From the NCBI GenBank assembly GCA_964342185.1, contig CAYFER010000002.1:92946-156945 (forward strand): DNA of 64,000 nucleotides, in the 5' to 3' direction. Source of the stretch: an uncultured Vicinamibacteraceae bacterium (GTDB taxonomy: Bacteria; Acidobacteriota; Vicinamibacteria; Vicinamibacterales; UBA8438). The position numbers and the translations under genes were made by a program. Under the pieces are notes generated by a model that saw only the letters and a list, made by a program, of their open reading frames with translations, was not told the DNA's origin and did no database searches. Below, piece by piece: positions 50,606 to 59,662 of this stretch; position 1 is the first letter of the stretch, and every line of letters begins with the position of its first letter.

Positions 50606-51328
50606 ATGCTACCCGAGCTCGAATATTTAATCCGGCTTCAACAACTTGAAAGTAGATCCACAGAGACTCGTGAGCAGATCGATAATATTCCAGTAAAACT
50701 CGAACACTTAGAACTACAGATTGCAGAACGCGTTAAGGAAGTTGAAAATGTAAATCAAACCTTAGAAAAACATCGAAACTCACGGGTTGCTTTGGAGAAG
50801 GACGTTGCCGAAATACAGAGTCGACTTAGCCGATTCAAAGAACAACTCATGGCAGTTAAAACCAACAAAGAATACCAAGCGATGCAAACAGAAATTTCGA
50901 ATGGCGAAGAAGAGATGAAGCGCTTGGAAGACAAACTGCTTGAAAGAATGCTTGAAGGTGACGATCTGAATGGAAATTTAGAACAAGCGGAACAACTATT
51001 AGTAAAAGAACGAAATATTGTCGAGACTGAACGGTCACGTATCGAAAAAGAACAGATTGAACTAGAGCAACAGATCAGAGTAGTTCAGGTCGAACGAAAC
51101 GAACTCGTTTCCCAGTTACCTACCCAAACCGTTGACCTGTTCGAGATGCTGGCACAAGGCCGCAAAGGCATTGCAGTAGTTGAGGCTGCCAATGGTCGAT
51201 GTAACTCTTGCCAAGTAAGGCTACGGCCGCAACTTTTCAATAGCGTTCGCTCCAATAACGCGCTTATTCAATGCGAGAGTTGTCAGCGTATTCTGTATTT
51301 CGTTGAACCTCCTGACGAAACGGAATAA
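50606..51328 (+). CDS. Coiled-coil zinc-ribbon protein (COG1579 / DUF164, HP0958-like)
   Basis: Long heptad-rich coiled coil ending in a CxxC...CxxC ribbon (CNSCQVRL...CESCQRILY). I prefer the ATG at 50606 to the track TTG start at 50471, which would read through the terminator. Confidence 0.8.
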   Translation: MLPELEYLIRLQQLESRSTETREQIDNIPVKLEHLELQIAERVKEVENVNQTLEKHRNSRVALEKDVAEIQSRLSRFKEQLMAVKTNKEYQAMQTEISNGEEEMKRLEDKLLERMLEGDDLNGNLEQAEQLLVKERNIVETERSRIEKEQIELEQQIRVVQVERNELVSQLPTQTVDLFEMLAQGRKGIAVVEAANGRCNSCQVRLRPQLFNSVRSNNALIQCESCQRILYFVEPPDETE

Positions 51329-52176
51329 TGGTACAAGCCACCGTAATTGCGTACATCGATGGAGGCGCGAGGGGAAATCCAGGGCCTGCAGGATATGGCG
51401 TTAGAGTCGAAACATCCGATGGCACATTGATCGAAGAACTGCACGGCTCGATTGGTGTGGCCACCAACAATGTCGCGGAATACAGTGCTTTGGTCGCCGC
51501 ACTTACGTATCTTGATCAACAGGGTTTTCAAGACGTAACCATCAAGTCTGACTCCCAGCTACTAACCAAACAAATGCTTGGAGAGTACCGGGTTAGGAGT
51601 CCAGGCATATCCCCACTTCATCGAGAGGCATCGGCCCTAGTCCAACGTTTGGGTAATGTCCGATTCGAACATATCCCGCGTAACATGAATGCTGAAGCTG
51701 ACCGCTTAGCCAATGTTGCGATGGATGTCAGCGCGGCTAGCCAATATCCAGTCCACCAAGCAGGCGTAGCCGCGACAGTAGGAACCCTTCAAGAAAGCTC
51801 TATCCTATCAATTGGCATCGATATGGAATCAATCAACCGCGTGAACAATCTGTTACAAAAATATGGCGAACGATTTCTTAACCGCATTTTCACCGAACAT
51901 GAAGTTGACTATTCCCTACGGCGAAAATTTCCAGCTCAACATCTGGCCGCACGTTTCTGCGCAAAAGAAGCCACTATGAAGGCACTGGGAACAGGACGAT
52001 CGTTAGGCGTGCTCTGGACAAGTATAGAAGTTATAAGAGTCTCAGGACCTCCTCGACTCAGGTTATACAGCGGCGCAGAAAAACGGTTCCAAGAATTAGG
52101 AGCTGAACGCTCACTGCTGACAATAACTCATACCGGCGATTTAGCGTTTGCCCAAGTGCTGTTATTGAAGGCGTAG
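51328..52176 (+). CDS. Fusion protein: N-terminal RNase HI + C-terminal holo-[acyl-carrier-protein] synthase (AcpS)
   Basis: Residues about 1-135 have the RNase H DEDD pattern (AYIDGGARGNPGPAGYG, TNNVAEYSAL, IKSDSQLL, NAEADRLAN). Residues about 160-282 are AcpS-like (IGIDMESINRV..., GERFLNRIFTEHE, LAARFCAKEATMKALG, LTITHTGDLAFAQVLL). It is a single uninterrupted ORF. Its start overlaps the upstream stop (TAATG). Confidence 0.85.
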   Translation: MVQATVIAYIDGGARGNPGPAGYGVRVETSDGTLIEELHGSIGVATNNVAEYSALVAALTYLDQQGFQDVTIKSDSQLLTKQMLGEYRVRSPGISPLHREASALVQRLGNVRFEHIPRNMNAEADRLANVAMDVSAASQYPVHQAGVAATVGTLQESSILSIGIDMESINRVNNLLQKYGERFLNRIFTEHEVDYSLRRKFPAQHLAARFCAKEATMKALGTGRSLGVLWTSIEVIRVSGPPRLRLYSGAEKRFQELGAERSLLTITHTGDLAFAQVLLLKA

Positions 52177-52211
52177 TTCTCACTATTGTCAACGGGTGTT
52201 CTATCACAACA

Positions 52212-53486
52212 CTACTTGCCAGATCGCGGCAGGAAGGCTGGCGTGTCAAGAGACGTGTCTAATTCTAGAACCTCACTAGGGTCATCGTCGTTGCTCTTTT
52301 TGTCGAGTGTGGACACTTCCTCAACATTAGAATTTTCAGAAGGCAAACGTCGAATAATGGCAATATCATCACCCACCGCTTGTGCCATCGGCGTTTCTGA
52401 TTGCAATTCAGCATAGTTCCGTAAATCAACCGGTGTTGCATCTGGCGGTAAAGCTAATTTCGAATCTGACGGTGGCAAGCCAAATCCTGTTGCAATAACG
52501 GTAATTTTTACCCGGCCCTTCATAGAAGGATCAATCACCGCACCAAAGATAATATTGGCTTCATCATCGGCGGCTTCGGAGATTATCGTTGTTGCTTCGC
52601 TGACTTCAGCAAGGGATAAATCTGGTCCAGCCGTAACATTGACGATCACGCCTCGAGCTCCCTCAACTGCTGCTTCTTCTAGCAACGGGCTGGACACGGC
52701 TCGGTTAGCGGCATCTATTGCTCGCTTTTCACCTTCACCAATCCCAGTGCCCATTATGGCCAAGCCCATTCCCGACATGATTGTTGTCACATCTGCAAAA
52801 TCTAAATTGATCAAACCAGGCATGATAATCAGGTCAGAGATTCCTTGTATCGCCTGATGAAGAACGTCGTCTGCACGAGCAAACGCATCTGGAACACTTG
52901 TTGTTGAATCGATCGTTGCGAGTAAGCGTTCATTGGGAATCGTGATTACTGTGTCTACAGATTCCTGTAGCTCCTCAAGACCACGGTTTGCTTGTGACTC
53001 ACGCCGCTTCCCTTCAAAAGCAAAAGGTTTAGTTACCACCGCTACCGTCAGAGCACCAAGTTCGCTCGCCAAATTGGCTATCACTGGTGCCGCGCCCGTA
53101 CCTGTTCCGCCACCTAACCCAGCCGTGACGAAGACCATGTCAGCTCCGTCAAGAGCCCCGATTAGCTGTTCGGTATCTTCAAGAGCGGCCTGGCGGCCGA
53201 CCGTCGGATCAGCTCCCGCACCAAGACCTTTAGTGAGCTTCGCACCAAGCTGCAGCCGTACCGGTGCAGAGGCTTGTGCCAAAGCCTGAGCATCAGTATT
53301 AGCAACGATAAAATCGATGCCTTCAAGACCGGCCGCCACCATCGAATTGACGGCATTACTTCCACCACCACCGACTCCAATCACTTTAATGCTAGCTCCT
53401 GGTTTGAAGTCACTGTCCAGTGTAAGCCTCAGTTCTGGTTCTTCTTCAGAACGAAAATCATTACTCTGACTTGGTAAGTCTGGCAT
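52212..53486 (-). CDS. ftsZ: Cell division GTPase FtsZ
   Basis: [15 protein letters not shown], the [11 protein letters not shown] tubulin signature, and a C-terminal conserved peptide (LDTPAFLPR). Confidence 0.97.
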   Translation of the reverse strand: MPDLPSQSNDFRSEEEPELRLTLDSDFKPGASIKVIGVGGGGSNAVNSMVAAGLEGIDFIVANTDAQALAQASAPVRLQLGAKLTKGLGAGADPTVGRQAALEDTEQLIGALDGADMVFVTAGLGGGTGTGAAPVIANLASELGALTVAVVTKPFAFEGKRRESQANRGLEELQESVDTVITIPNERLLATIDSTTSVPDAFARADDVLHQAIQGISDLIIMPGLINLDFADVTTIMSGMGLAIMGTGIGEGEKRAIDAANRAVSSPLLEEAAVEGARGVIVNVTAGPDLSLAEVSEATTIISEAADDEANIIFGAVIDPSMKGRVKITVIATGFGLPPSDSKLALPPDATPVDLRNYAELQSETPMAQAVGDDIAIIRRLPSENSNVEEVSTLDKKSNDDDPSEVLELDTSLDTPAFLPRSGK

Positions 53487-53664
53487 GCCTCACTTCTCCT
53501 CTCTACCAGTGGCTTGTGCTGGTTAAACCGATACCGAACACTAGCCAGGGCACCCTGTCTAAGCCAGTTTCGACTTCGCAAGCGATACACAAGATGTGCA
53601 TTTTCAACATGTTTGAATTAAGTATTAACTCCTCATGACCCATTGCTAACAGCATCCGAAATCG

Positions 53665-54897
53665 TCACGAAGAAGACTCCTTGAACAACGATGCCAACCT
53701 AGCTGTAAACCGACCCCAAAAGGGAGACCGATTAGGTTGAACAACTTGATGGCGCCAGGCATACATTACTAGGCCGACTGACGTAGCAAACGCCGGAGTG
53801 TTCACATGATCGTTTAAACGGCCAAGCCCCTCAGGGTGTCCGCGCCGAACCGGTGAATCGAAAATCTGTTCAGCGATTTCTGGTATGCCATCCAACATAC
53901 TAGCGCCGCCCGTCAGAACGATCCCAGAATTCAAAGCCCGTTCATAACCAGCTTTGTTAATCTCATCCCATAGTTTTTGAAAGATTTCCTCAGCACGAGG
54001 TTGAATACACTCTGAAAGTGTTCGTTTTAACATCACCCTCGGTTCGCGTCCGCCGACACTAGCCACCTCAACTGTTTCGTCTTCACTGACCAACGCCGTC
54101 ATTGCACAACCAGACCGTCGTTTTGTTTTCTCCGCCTCAGGAATTGGGGTCCTCAATCCAATCGCAATGTCCTCGGTAAAATGGTCTCCACCCAGTGGGA
54201 CCGTATCTGTGTGCCAAAGACTGCCCTTTTCGAAGATCGAAAACTTCGTTGTCCCTCCGCCGATATCTACAAGTGCAACACCCAAGTCCTTCTCGTCTGG
54301 ACTCAACGCCGCTTCTGCAGCCCCTAACTGCTCCAGCACGGTATCCACCACCCCCACACCGGCTTTATTGACACAGTTCACCACATTCTGGCTGGTCGAC
54401 ATACTTCCAGTAACTACGTGAACATTGACTTCAAGACGGGCTCCAGTCATACCAACCGGGGCTCCTATACCGTCTTGCTCGTCAACGACAAAATCCTGTG
54501 GAAGGACATGAACTATCTCTCGGCCACTCGGTAAGTTCACTGTCTTGGCTGCATCGATTGCCCGTCCTACATCTTCTTTGGTAATTTCGCGGTTGCTACC
54601 AGCTACTGCTACAACTCCTCGACTGTTAAACGCTTTGACGTGCGCACCTGATAGCCCTAGGTGAACGAAGCCGATTTCAACACCAGCCGTTAACTCAGCT
54701 TCATCAATTGCTTTCTTAATCGACTCCCTCGCGGCATCCATTTTGACGATAGCCCCAGCCCGAATTCCTTCAGCATCTGCGAGGCCGACACCGACGATGT
54801 CAAGACGATCGTCGTCAGGAACTGGCTCCCCAACAATTGCGGAAATTCGGGAAGTCCCGACGTCAAGACCGACGATAAATTTTTCTCTACGCGGCAC
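53665..54897 (-). CDS. ftsA: Cell division protein FtsA
   Basis: Actin-fold motifs (VGLDVGTSRISAIV, VDIGGGTT, GIVLTGGAS), 410 aa, located between ftsQ and ftsZ. Confidence 0.93.
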   Translation of the reverse strand: MPRREKFIVGLDVGTSRISAIVGEPVPDDDRLDIVGVGLADAEGIRAGAIVKMDAARESIKKAIDEAELTAGVEIGFVHLGLSGAHVKAFNSRGVVAVAGSNREITKEDVGRAIDAAKTVNLPSGREIVHVLPQDFVVDEQDGIGAPVGMTGARLEVNVHVVTGSMSTSQNVVNCVNKAGVGVVDTVLEQLGAAEAALSPDEKDLGVALVDIGGGTTKFSIFEKGSLWHTDTVPLGGDHFTEDIAIGLRTPIPEAEKTKRRSGCAMTALVSEDETVEVASVGGREPRVMLKRTLSECIQPRAEEIFQKLWDEINKAGYERALNSGIVLTGGASMLDGIPEIAEQIFDSPVRRGHPEGLGRLNDHVNTPAFATSVGLVMYAWRHQVVQPNRSPFWGRFTARLASLFKESSS

Positions 54898-54915
54898 ACA
54901 TCCTCCGATAACTGG

Positions 54916-55776
54916 TCACTGAATCTCGACCTTCCTCGAATTACTCGACATAACCAGCTGCGCAGATTCGAAACCGGGTTCCGCGGGCCCAAGAAAAAGT
55001 CTTCGATCAAATCGAAAATCGATGTAGTCAATGTCTAAGACATGGCTACGAAGTGCCGGTAACAAATCAAGGTATTCTTGAAGTCGTTCGGCAAACTTCT
55101 CTTCTCCTAGGTATATCAGCGTTGGACTATCGTTCAGTAAAACAATGGCATTGTGGGGATCTGATACGTCGACCTGTGACACTTGTGACAATAGCTTGGG
55201 GTAAGGTTGTATTGAGAAAATCAGCTTCGAGGCAAGCTGTGCACGAATCTCGTCGACACCCCTCCCCGAACCGAGCAACAGACCATCAATGATCGGTAGA
55301 TTGTGATCTGTCAGAGGTGCACCATGCTCAGCAATAACAGCCCCGCCACTATCTATAAGATAGAGGCGACCGCCCAACCTCGCTAAACCGACCGGGCTTC
55401 TTTCTTCTACGGTAACCTCTATCGTCGACGGTAAAATTCGTCTTAGCGTGGCAGTTTTTACCCAGCCAGAAGCCATCAAGTGCTGGCGATAAATGTCCAA
55501 ATCTGCGGTCAGGATGTTTTGGTCTTCTAGCGGACCAAGAAGAGCCTGGATTTCACCTTGTGAAACATGGGTGTGACCTCTCACTGTAATTCTGTCGACC
55601 TGGAAAACTCCAGTGCTCCTAAACACACTTGGGAGAAAAAATGAGGTCAGTGCGACGCCGCTAATCAATACAATCCACAGGAATAGTCGTAATACTGTAA
55701 GCGCCGGCCGGTGTCGTCTGGACGGCTTCACATGCGCTCGGTGAAAGCGTCGATCAGTGCGTGCTTGAACTACCAT
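54916..55776 (-). CDS. ftsQ: Cell division protein FtsQ
   Basis: Single TM followed by POTRA-like and FtsQ domains. Position fits between murC and ftsA. I prefer the ATG at 55776 (TAATG overlap with the murC stop) over the GTG at 55797. Confidence 0.8.
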   Translation of the reverse strand: MVVQARTDRRFHRAHVKPSRRHRPALTVLRLFLWIVLISGVALTSFFLPSVFRSTGVFQVDRITVRGHTHVSQGEIQALLGPLEDQNILTADLDIYRQHLMASGWVKTATLRRILPSTIEVTVEERSPVGLARLGGRLYLIDSGGAVIAEHGAPLTDHNLPIIDGLLLGSGRGVDEIRAQLASKLIFSIQPYPKLLSQVSQVDVSDPHNAIVLLNDSPTLIYLGEEKFAERLQEYLDLLPALRSHVLDIDYIDFRFDRRLFLGPAEPGFESAQLVMSSNSRKVEIQ

Positions 55777-57182
55777 TAAACAGCGCTCCCAACACACCGG
55801 GTGCGCAGAACTTCGGTTATTCGTGGTGGCAACATCCCAATCGATCCTGCTCCGAGTGTGACCACAACATCTCCTGACCGCGCATCCCTAGTAACAATCT
55901 CAACCGCTTCATCTAATGTTTTAGCGAGGCTCACGGGAACGTTTCCATACTTTGCAACTGCTTGAGCTACATCCACTGAGTTCGCACCAGAAATTGGTAG
56001 CTCGTGTGCTGCATACACCTCGGTTAGAATCACGTCGTCAGCCTTGGCTAACACCTCCCCAAAACGGTCTAGCAGACGATGTGTTCGACTGTATCGATGT
56101 GGTTGGAAAACAACGCGAAGTCGATGTGGCGCACGTAATCGAACGGTTTCAAGAACTGCCTCGATCTCGGTTGGATGATGTGCATAGTCATCAATGACGA
56201 CGATACCGCCAACATCTCCACAAACCTGTAACCGCCGCTCGGCTCCTGAAAACGTTTTCAGCGCACTTGACAGACAATCATGCGGTATCATCAACTCACT
56301 TCCTACAGCAATAGCTGCCAGTGCATTCTCAACATTGTGCCGCCCCGGCGAGATCGTGCTAATCGCAATATGGTCGACCTTGACATCATCACGATTTATA
56401 ACAACTCTGAAGTCGGAACGAGACGGCCCAAGCTTCACGTCAACCGCTCGAATGTCCGCTGACGTTTCATCGATGCCATAGGTCACGATACGTCCCTCAA
56501 CCGTAGACAGTACGCTTCGCAGCCGAGAATCGTCGACGCAACCGAAAATACAACCCCGCTCGGCCACACTCTGCGCAAATGTTCCAAACGATCTCTCTAA
56601 ATCTTTGATATTGCTATATGCATCTAGATGTTCATCATCAATATTGGTTAACACTGCCATTTCAGGAGAGAGTTCAAGGAATGACCGATCGCTTTCATCG
56701 GCCTCGACAATCATCAAATCGCCTCCACCAAATCTGGTATTACTTCCTAAACTACTTACCCGGCCACCAATGATTGCTGTTGGATCCAATCCTGCATTTT
56801 CAAGCACTACAGTCACCATAGCGGTCGTGGTAGTTTTGCCGTGAGAACCAACGACTGCCACAGTTCGCTTGAGTCTGGTTAGTTCAGCGAGCATCACACC
56901 ACGTGAAACTGTAGGAATTCCCCGCTCAGCCGCTGCCAGTCTCTCCGGGTTGTTAGCAGGGATAGCCGCAGACACCACCACCAGATCCGCCGCGGACACA
57001 TACCGGGCATCATGACCCCTGGAACAGTGAACTCCTAGACTCCCAAGACGTTCCGTAGCTGGTGACGATGACAAATCAGAGCCAGTAACCACGTACCCTA
57101 GCCTCAACAGGAGTTCAGCAATGCCACTCATGCCAGACCCACCGACGCCTACAAGATGCACTTGTTTAATATTCTTGAGCAC
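55776..57182 (-). CDS. murC: UDP-N-acetylmuramate--L-alanine ligase
   Basis: VHLVGVGGSGMSGIA, GSHGKTTTT and DDYAHHP motifs. Confidence 0.95.
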   Translation of the reverse strand: MLKNIKQVHLVGVGGSGMSGIAELLLRLGYVVTGSDLSSSPATERLGSLGVHCSRGHDARYVSAADLVVVSAAIPANNPERLAAAERGIPTVSRGVMLAELTRLKRTVAVVGSHGKTTTTAMVTVVLENAGLDPTAIIGGRVSSLGSNTRFGGGDLMIVEADESDRSFLELSPEMAVLTNIDDEHLDAYSNIKDLERSFGTFAQSVAERGCIFGCVDDSRLRSVLSTVEGRIVTYGIDETSADIRAVDVKLGPSRSDFRVVINRDDVKVDHIAISTISPGRHNVENALAAIAVGSELMIPHDCLSSALKTFSGAERRLQVCGDVGGIVVIDDYAHHPTEIEAVLETVRLRAPHRLRVVFQPHRYSRTHRLLDRFGEVLAKADDVILTEVYAAHELPISGANSVDVAQAVAKYGNVPVSLAKTLDEAVEIVTRDARSGDVVVTLGAGSIGMLPPRITEVLRTRCVGSAV

Positions 57183-57203
57183 GCTCGGTTTATTAGTCAG
57201 AGT

Positions 57204-58307
57204 TCAATTCTCCCGACCCAAAATTAGATGCTCCATTCGATCGACAATCTGAGCTGCGGCTTCAGGTGCGGCAAGGCAGAATGCAGAGCCAGCCAGACTC
57301 AAGCGACGATCGTTATCTACAACCAGATCTATCAGACGTTCCGCTAATATCTCTGGAGTCAAATCGGTTGGATCGATCACCTCTGCCGCCCCGTTCTTTT
57401 TGAACACCTCGGCATTACGTCGCTGGTGGTCATTGGCGGCGGCGGGATAGGGAACAAGGATTGACGGACGTCCGGCCGCTGCCAACTCAGCCAAAGTTGT
57501 AGCGCCGGCACGGCAGACCACGACATCTGCCTCAGACATCTCAGAATCCATATTGTTAAGAAACGGTTCGACCCGAACGTCAATTCCAACCGATTGGTAG
57601 GCACTGGCCACCATCTCAAAGTCGTCTTGGCCAGTTTGATGCGTCACACGGATCACGCCAATTGACTTCACGAGACTCGAAACTGCTTCAATCATGGCAA
57701 CATTGATCGCATGAGCACCCTGAGATCCGCCGATGACTAGAATCCGTGGTTCAGACACGGTCCTCCGAGGTGGTGCCGACTCAAAAAATCCCGGGCGCAC
57801 TGGATTACCGCTGACAAAACCCTTGTGCCCAAAACAACTCAACGTGTCTTGGTACGAAACGGCGGCAGCTCGCACAACCGCACCCAAGAGACGATTCGTA
57901 ACACCTGGAACCGCATTCTGTTCAAGAATGAGCGTTGCAATCCGCTTTGTGGCAGCCAACAAGACAACCGGCCCCGAACTGTATCCGCCCAGTCCAACAA
58001 CCAAATCAGGTTGGTAGCGACGTAACAGAACTCTCGCATCAAGAAACGCAGCCGGCAATGTTGTCACGCCCTTTAACACCGCGAACGGAGAGCGCCCCAC
58101 AAGGCCGACTGCCCGAACTCGTTCAAATGAAAAGCCTTCCCTTGAGAGTACTTGCATCTCTAGAACACGTCCGGCTCCTACAAACGTCACTTCTGACATC
58201 GGATTTCGACGTTTCAATTCCCTAGCCACCGTAATACCCGGAAATAAGTGGCCACCGGTTCCCCCACCGGCAAACAACACGTTCAAACGTCGTTCCGTAA
58301 CGGCCAA
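57204..58307 (-). CDS. murG: Undecaprenyldiphospho-muramoylpentapeptide beta-N-acetylglucosaminyltransferase
   Basis: FAGGGTGGHLFPG and the GT28 C-terminal domain (CRAGATTLAELAAAGRPSILVP). Confidence 0.95.
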   Translation of the reverse strand: MAVTERRLNVLFAGGGTGGHLFPGITVARELKRRNPMSEVTFVGAGRVLEMQVLSREGFSFERVRAVGLVGRSPFAVLKGVTTLPAAFLDARVLLRRYQPDLVVGLGGYSSGPVVLLAATKRIATLILEQNAVPGVTNRLLGAVVRAAAVSYQDTLSCFGHKGFVSGNPVRPGFFESAPPRRTVSEPRILVIGGSQGAHAINVAMIEAVSSLVKSIGVIRVTHQTGQDDFEMVASAYQSVGIDVRVEPFLNNMDSEMSEADVVVCRAGATTLAELAAAGRPSILVPYPAAANDHQRRNAEVFKKNGAAEVIDPTDLTPEILAERLIDLVVDNDRRLSLAGSAFCLAAPEAAAQIVDRMEHLILGREN

Positions 58308-58346
58308 AATTTAAAACCTTCTTCTCGAATATCAGTTGCCGAGTCC

Positions 58347-59450
58347 TCATACCCTCGCCGAGGCTTGCTGGGAAATGTTCAGTAATACTCCCATCGCCAA
58401 AAGACTGACCAACATAGAGGATCCACCCGCACTGACAAACGGCAATGGATACCCTGTCGTCGGCATCAGACTTAGAACCACGCTGATATTCATGAATGCC
58501 TGAAGCGAGACCATCATGGTCAGCCCGAGAGCCAGCAATGATCCGAATCGGTCGGGTGCCAACATAGACACCCGCAATCCACGACACGCTATAACTAAGA
58601 AACATACTAAAAAGAACGATGCACCAACCAACCCTGTCTCCTCTGCAATAACGGCATAGATGAAATCTGTGTGAGGATCAGGAAGATAGAAAAGTTTTTG
58701 AACGCCCGCCATAATCCCTTGGCCGAAGACTCCACCCGTACCGACCGCAATCAACGACTGAATGATCTGAAACCCAGATCCCAGAGGGTCAGCCCATGGA
58801 TCGAGAAACGTCACTAGTCGCTCACGGCGATAGGGCGCCCATACCAGCACAAGATAGAGCAGCGGACCAAAGATTACCGCCAACCCCACTATGTAGCGAT
58901 AACTGAGTCCGGCCGTGAAAACCATCGCGGCGACAATCAACACCACCATTGCCGCTGTGCCATAGTCTGGTTGCAGAACAGTCAGAACCCCGATTGCGCC
59001 GACCACAATAGCAATTGGCAGCAAAGAATAAGAAACCTCGTCAATCCGTTTCATTCGGTGTTCAAGTACCGCGGCCGTAAACACAATAACTGCCACCTTG
59101 GCCAATTCTGAAGGCTGCACTCCAATACCACCGATCGCGAACCAACGTTGTGCACCATTAATCTCAGGCCCCACCAACTTAACCGCACAAAGTGCCGCTA
59201 ACGAACAACCGAGTAATGTCCAGACAACAATCGGCTGTTTCAAATATCGGTAGTCAATACGCATTGCAGCCAACAGCAGACATAGTCCCAAGATCACCCA
59301 GGCGACTTGCCTGAACAGGTAATAGTACGGCTGCTCAAATCGGTCCAGTGCCAAGGCGTTCGAGGCGCTGAATACCATCACCACACTGCTACAAACCAGC
59401 AGCAGAACTGGTAAAAACAACCACTTGTCCGATTTCAGTTTTCGCGCCAT
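58347..59450 (-). CDS. ftsW: SEDS-family peptidoglycan polymerase FtsW
   Basis: 10-TM SEDS protein with QPSELAK, PDPHTDFIY and PFVSAGGSS motifs, in the dcw context. Confidence 0.92.
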   Translation of the reverse strand: MARKLKSDKWLFLPVLLLVCSSVVMVFSASNALALDRFEQPYYYLFRQVAWVILGLCLLLAAMRIDYRYLKQPIVVWTLLGCSLAALCAVKLVGPEINGAQRWFAIGGIGVQPSELAKVAVIVFTAAVLEHRMKRIDEVSYSLLPIAIVVGAIGVLTVLQPDYGTAAMVVLIVAAMVFTAGLSYRYIVGLAVIFGPLLYLVLVWAPYRRERLVTFLDPWADPLGSGFQIIQSLIAVGTGGVFGQGIMAGVQKLFYLPDPHTDFIYAVIAEETGLVGASFFLVCFLVIACRGLRVSMLAPDRFGSLLALGLTMMVSLQAFMNISVVLSLMPTTGYPLPFVSAGGSSMLVSLLAMGVLLNISQQASARV

Positions 59451-59527
59451 ACTCTGCGTTCACTTGGACCAACAATTAGCTGGAGGCTAAAGCTTTTAAG
59501 CCGCCAAACCGAAACAACGGTTGCAGA

Positions 59528-59653
59528 TGAGTCGTCAGCAGTCATCAGCTAGCGCCTTGGGTGAAGACACTTGCCTCGCAGACCGGGGCAGCCTGCGTTC
59601 CCAGCGGCTTGCTCTCCATCGCACTCGCCAAGCTGATGACTGCTGACGACTCA
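59528..59653. repeat. Perfect 23-bp inverted repeat flanking an 80-bp spacer in the murD-ftsW intergenic region
   Basis: tgagtcgtcagcagtcatcagct (59528-59550) is the exact reverse complement of agctgatgactgctgacgactca (59631-59653). Confidence 0.9.
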
Positions 59654-59662
59654 CCGTACAAT

